From the NCBI GenBank assembly GCA_963819615.1, contig CAWFWW010000004.1, positions 573,705 through 637,704 of the forward strand: DNA of 64,000 bases, given 5' to 3'. The position numbers and the translations under genes are program-made. The notes below the pieces were generated by a model. That model had not been told where the DNA came from and made no database searches. It saw only the letters and a list, made by a program, of their open reading frames with translations. The first letter of the stretch is position 1; every line of letters begins with the position of its first letter. Of this stretch, positions 62,939-64,000 are shown one piece after another. Source of the DNA: an uncultured Alphaproteobacteria bacterium. GTDB lineage: Bacteria; Pseudomonadota; Alphaproteobacteria; Rhizobiales; Aestuariivirgaceae.

Positions 62939-63487
62939 TTACCGCGCCCCGAATGCCCGCTGCAACTGGTCCATTTGCAGCGACACCGGGCTGTCAACGG
63001 CCTGCACCTGTTCTGCATTCATGCGCTGCTTCTGCATCATCACGTCAATCGTGCGAATGCGCTCCAGCAGGCGCAATGAACGTTCAACCAGCCCCATCAG
63101 GCCTTCCGGCAATTGCTCGCGGCCTTCAATGTCGTTGCCTGAGCCAATTTCAGTCAAACTGATGCGATTTTTCTCTTTGGTCGCTTCGCTGGACGACATT
63201 TCGCCGGCTACGATGGCGCGCTGCAGCAACAGCCACGATGCGAGCTGCATCAGCCGCGTCGTCAAACGCATGCTTTCGGTGGCATAGGCAATCGCACCCT
63301 GACGGTCCAGCAAACGTGAATCCATCCGGCCCGGGCCGTCAAGGTAATTGGCGGTCTCTTCGACCAGCCCCATGCCTTCCTGGAAAACTTTTGAAAATTG
63401 CTCGGAGTTGGTGAACCTGCTGATGAACTCAACCGTCATCTGCGGAACAATGTTCTTAACGCCCATGGTAAACAACCCCTGACTCAC
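62939..63487 (-). CDS. rcdA: Regulator of CtrA degradation (DUF1465)
   Basis: GMGLVEETANYLDG..YATESMRLTTRLMQLASWLLLQRA motif. Confidence 0.9.
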   Translation of the reverse strand: MSQGLFTMGVKNIVPQMTVEFISRFTNSEQFSKVFQEGMGLVEETANYLDGPGRMDSRLLDRQGAIAYATESMRLTTRLMQLASWLLLQRAIVAGEMSSSEATKEKNRISLTEIGSGNDIEGREQLPEGLMGLVERSLRLLERIRTIDVMMQKQRMNAEQVQAVDSPVSLQMDQLQRAFGAR

Positions 63488-63614
63488 TTCACTAAAACTC
63501 TCTACGCCCTAATTCATGATGGTGCCAGACCCAGAATTGGTCAATGGCCACCATGAGCAGGCACTGGACTTATCAGCAAGATTGAGGCCAAGAATAAATG
63601 CAGAATAAAAACAG

Positions 63615-63714
63615 AAAAAAAGCCGCGTCGAAACGCGGCTTAAAGTGTTAACAGGGAGGCGTCAAACAGAGTGGAAAGCTCCACTCGGAGAGACCCGGAA
63701 ATCACCGGGTCGAC
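63615..63714 (-). ncRNA. Candidate trans-acting sRNA
   Basis: Two GC hairpins, single-stranded CCUCCC anti-SD motif and intrinsic terminator, in the DUF1192-rcdA intergenic region. Confidence 0.6.
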
Positions 63715-63735
63715 GTCAAAAGTAAACCGGAAGCC

Positions 63736-63750
63736 TTACCAAGCCGTTAA
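63736..63750. promoter_or_regulatory. CtrA-like box upstream of the candidate sRNA
   Basis: TTAC-CAAGCCG-TTAA (7/8 match). Confidence 0.5.
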
Positions 63751-63793
63751 ATTTGCAGGCAAGTTGCATAAATTTGTCGCCTGCCTTGAAACC

Positions 63794-63979
63794 TCATGTT
63801 TTAAAGAACGAGTCCGCTGCAACCTTGCTGGCCTCTTTCTTGGCCAATTCGGCCTTAACCCTGACAATTTCGGTTTCCAAATCCTTAACGCGCTGTGTGA
63901 GTTCTGCAACACTCACAGCGTCAAGATTTTCGCCAATAACCATGACAGGCTTCGGTTTTGGAAGGTCGTCCATATCCAT
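63794..63979 (-). CDS. DUF1192 family protein
   Basis: DDLPKPK..IGENLDAVSVAEL..EIVR..AADSFFK motif. Confidence 0.87.
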   Translation of the reverse strand: MDMDDLPKPKPVMVIGENLDAVSVAELTQRVKDLETEIVRVKAELAKKEASKVAADSFFKT

Positions 63980-64000
63980 GAGTGCATCTCCGCATTGCTT

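Overview
Core chromosomal segment of a GC-rich alphaproteobacterium (gene order and RNA motifs typical of Hyphomicrobiales/Rhizobiales; no finer taxonomy is claimed). The backbone is purA, serC-serA, glmM-folP-ftsH-tilS-cpoB-pal-tolBARQ-ybgC-ruvBAC, yebC-ymdB-fthC-6S RNA, zapA, tkt, pgk, thiE-like/Sel1/suhB/copA, rpsU-purKE and rcdA. Accessory DNA sits at many backbone junctions: five type II toxin-antitoxin modules (2x AbrB-VapC, one of them cut by the window start, HicAB, HigBA, ParDE), an 8.3-kb polysaccharide cluster between zapA and 6S RNA, one complete IS3 element with perfect 27-bp inverted repeats and a 4-bp target duplication, several pseudogenes, and at least four families of REP/REPIN-like palindromes. 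The most unusual pattern is duplication of core-gene 3' ends next to inserted DNA: the last 55 bp of ruvA occur three times at 203-bp spacing with REPINs between them, and the last ~57 bp of pgk recur, with almost only synonymous changes, on the far side of HigBA. Other leads are a REPIN inserted in frame in the TolB signal peptide, an orphan RusA-motif protein between TA modules, a small protein behind a perfect CtrA box that ends in an FtsZ-tail-like peptide, and a candidate CtrA-controlled sRNA beside rcdA. All calls come from reading the sequence and recalling family motifs; no database searches were run, and many start codons were moved from the supplied ORF track to the first RBS-supported start.
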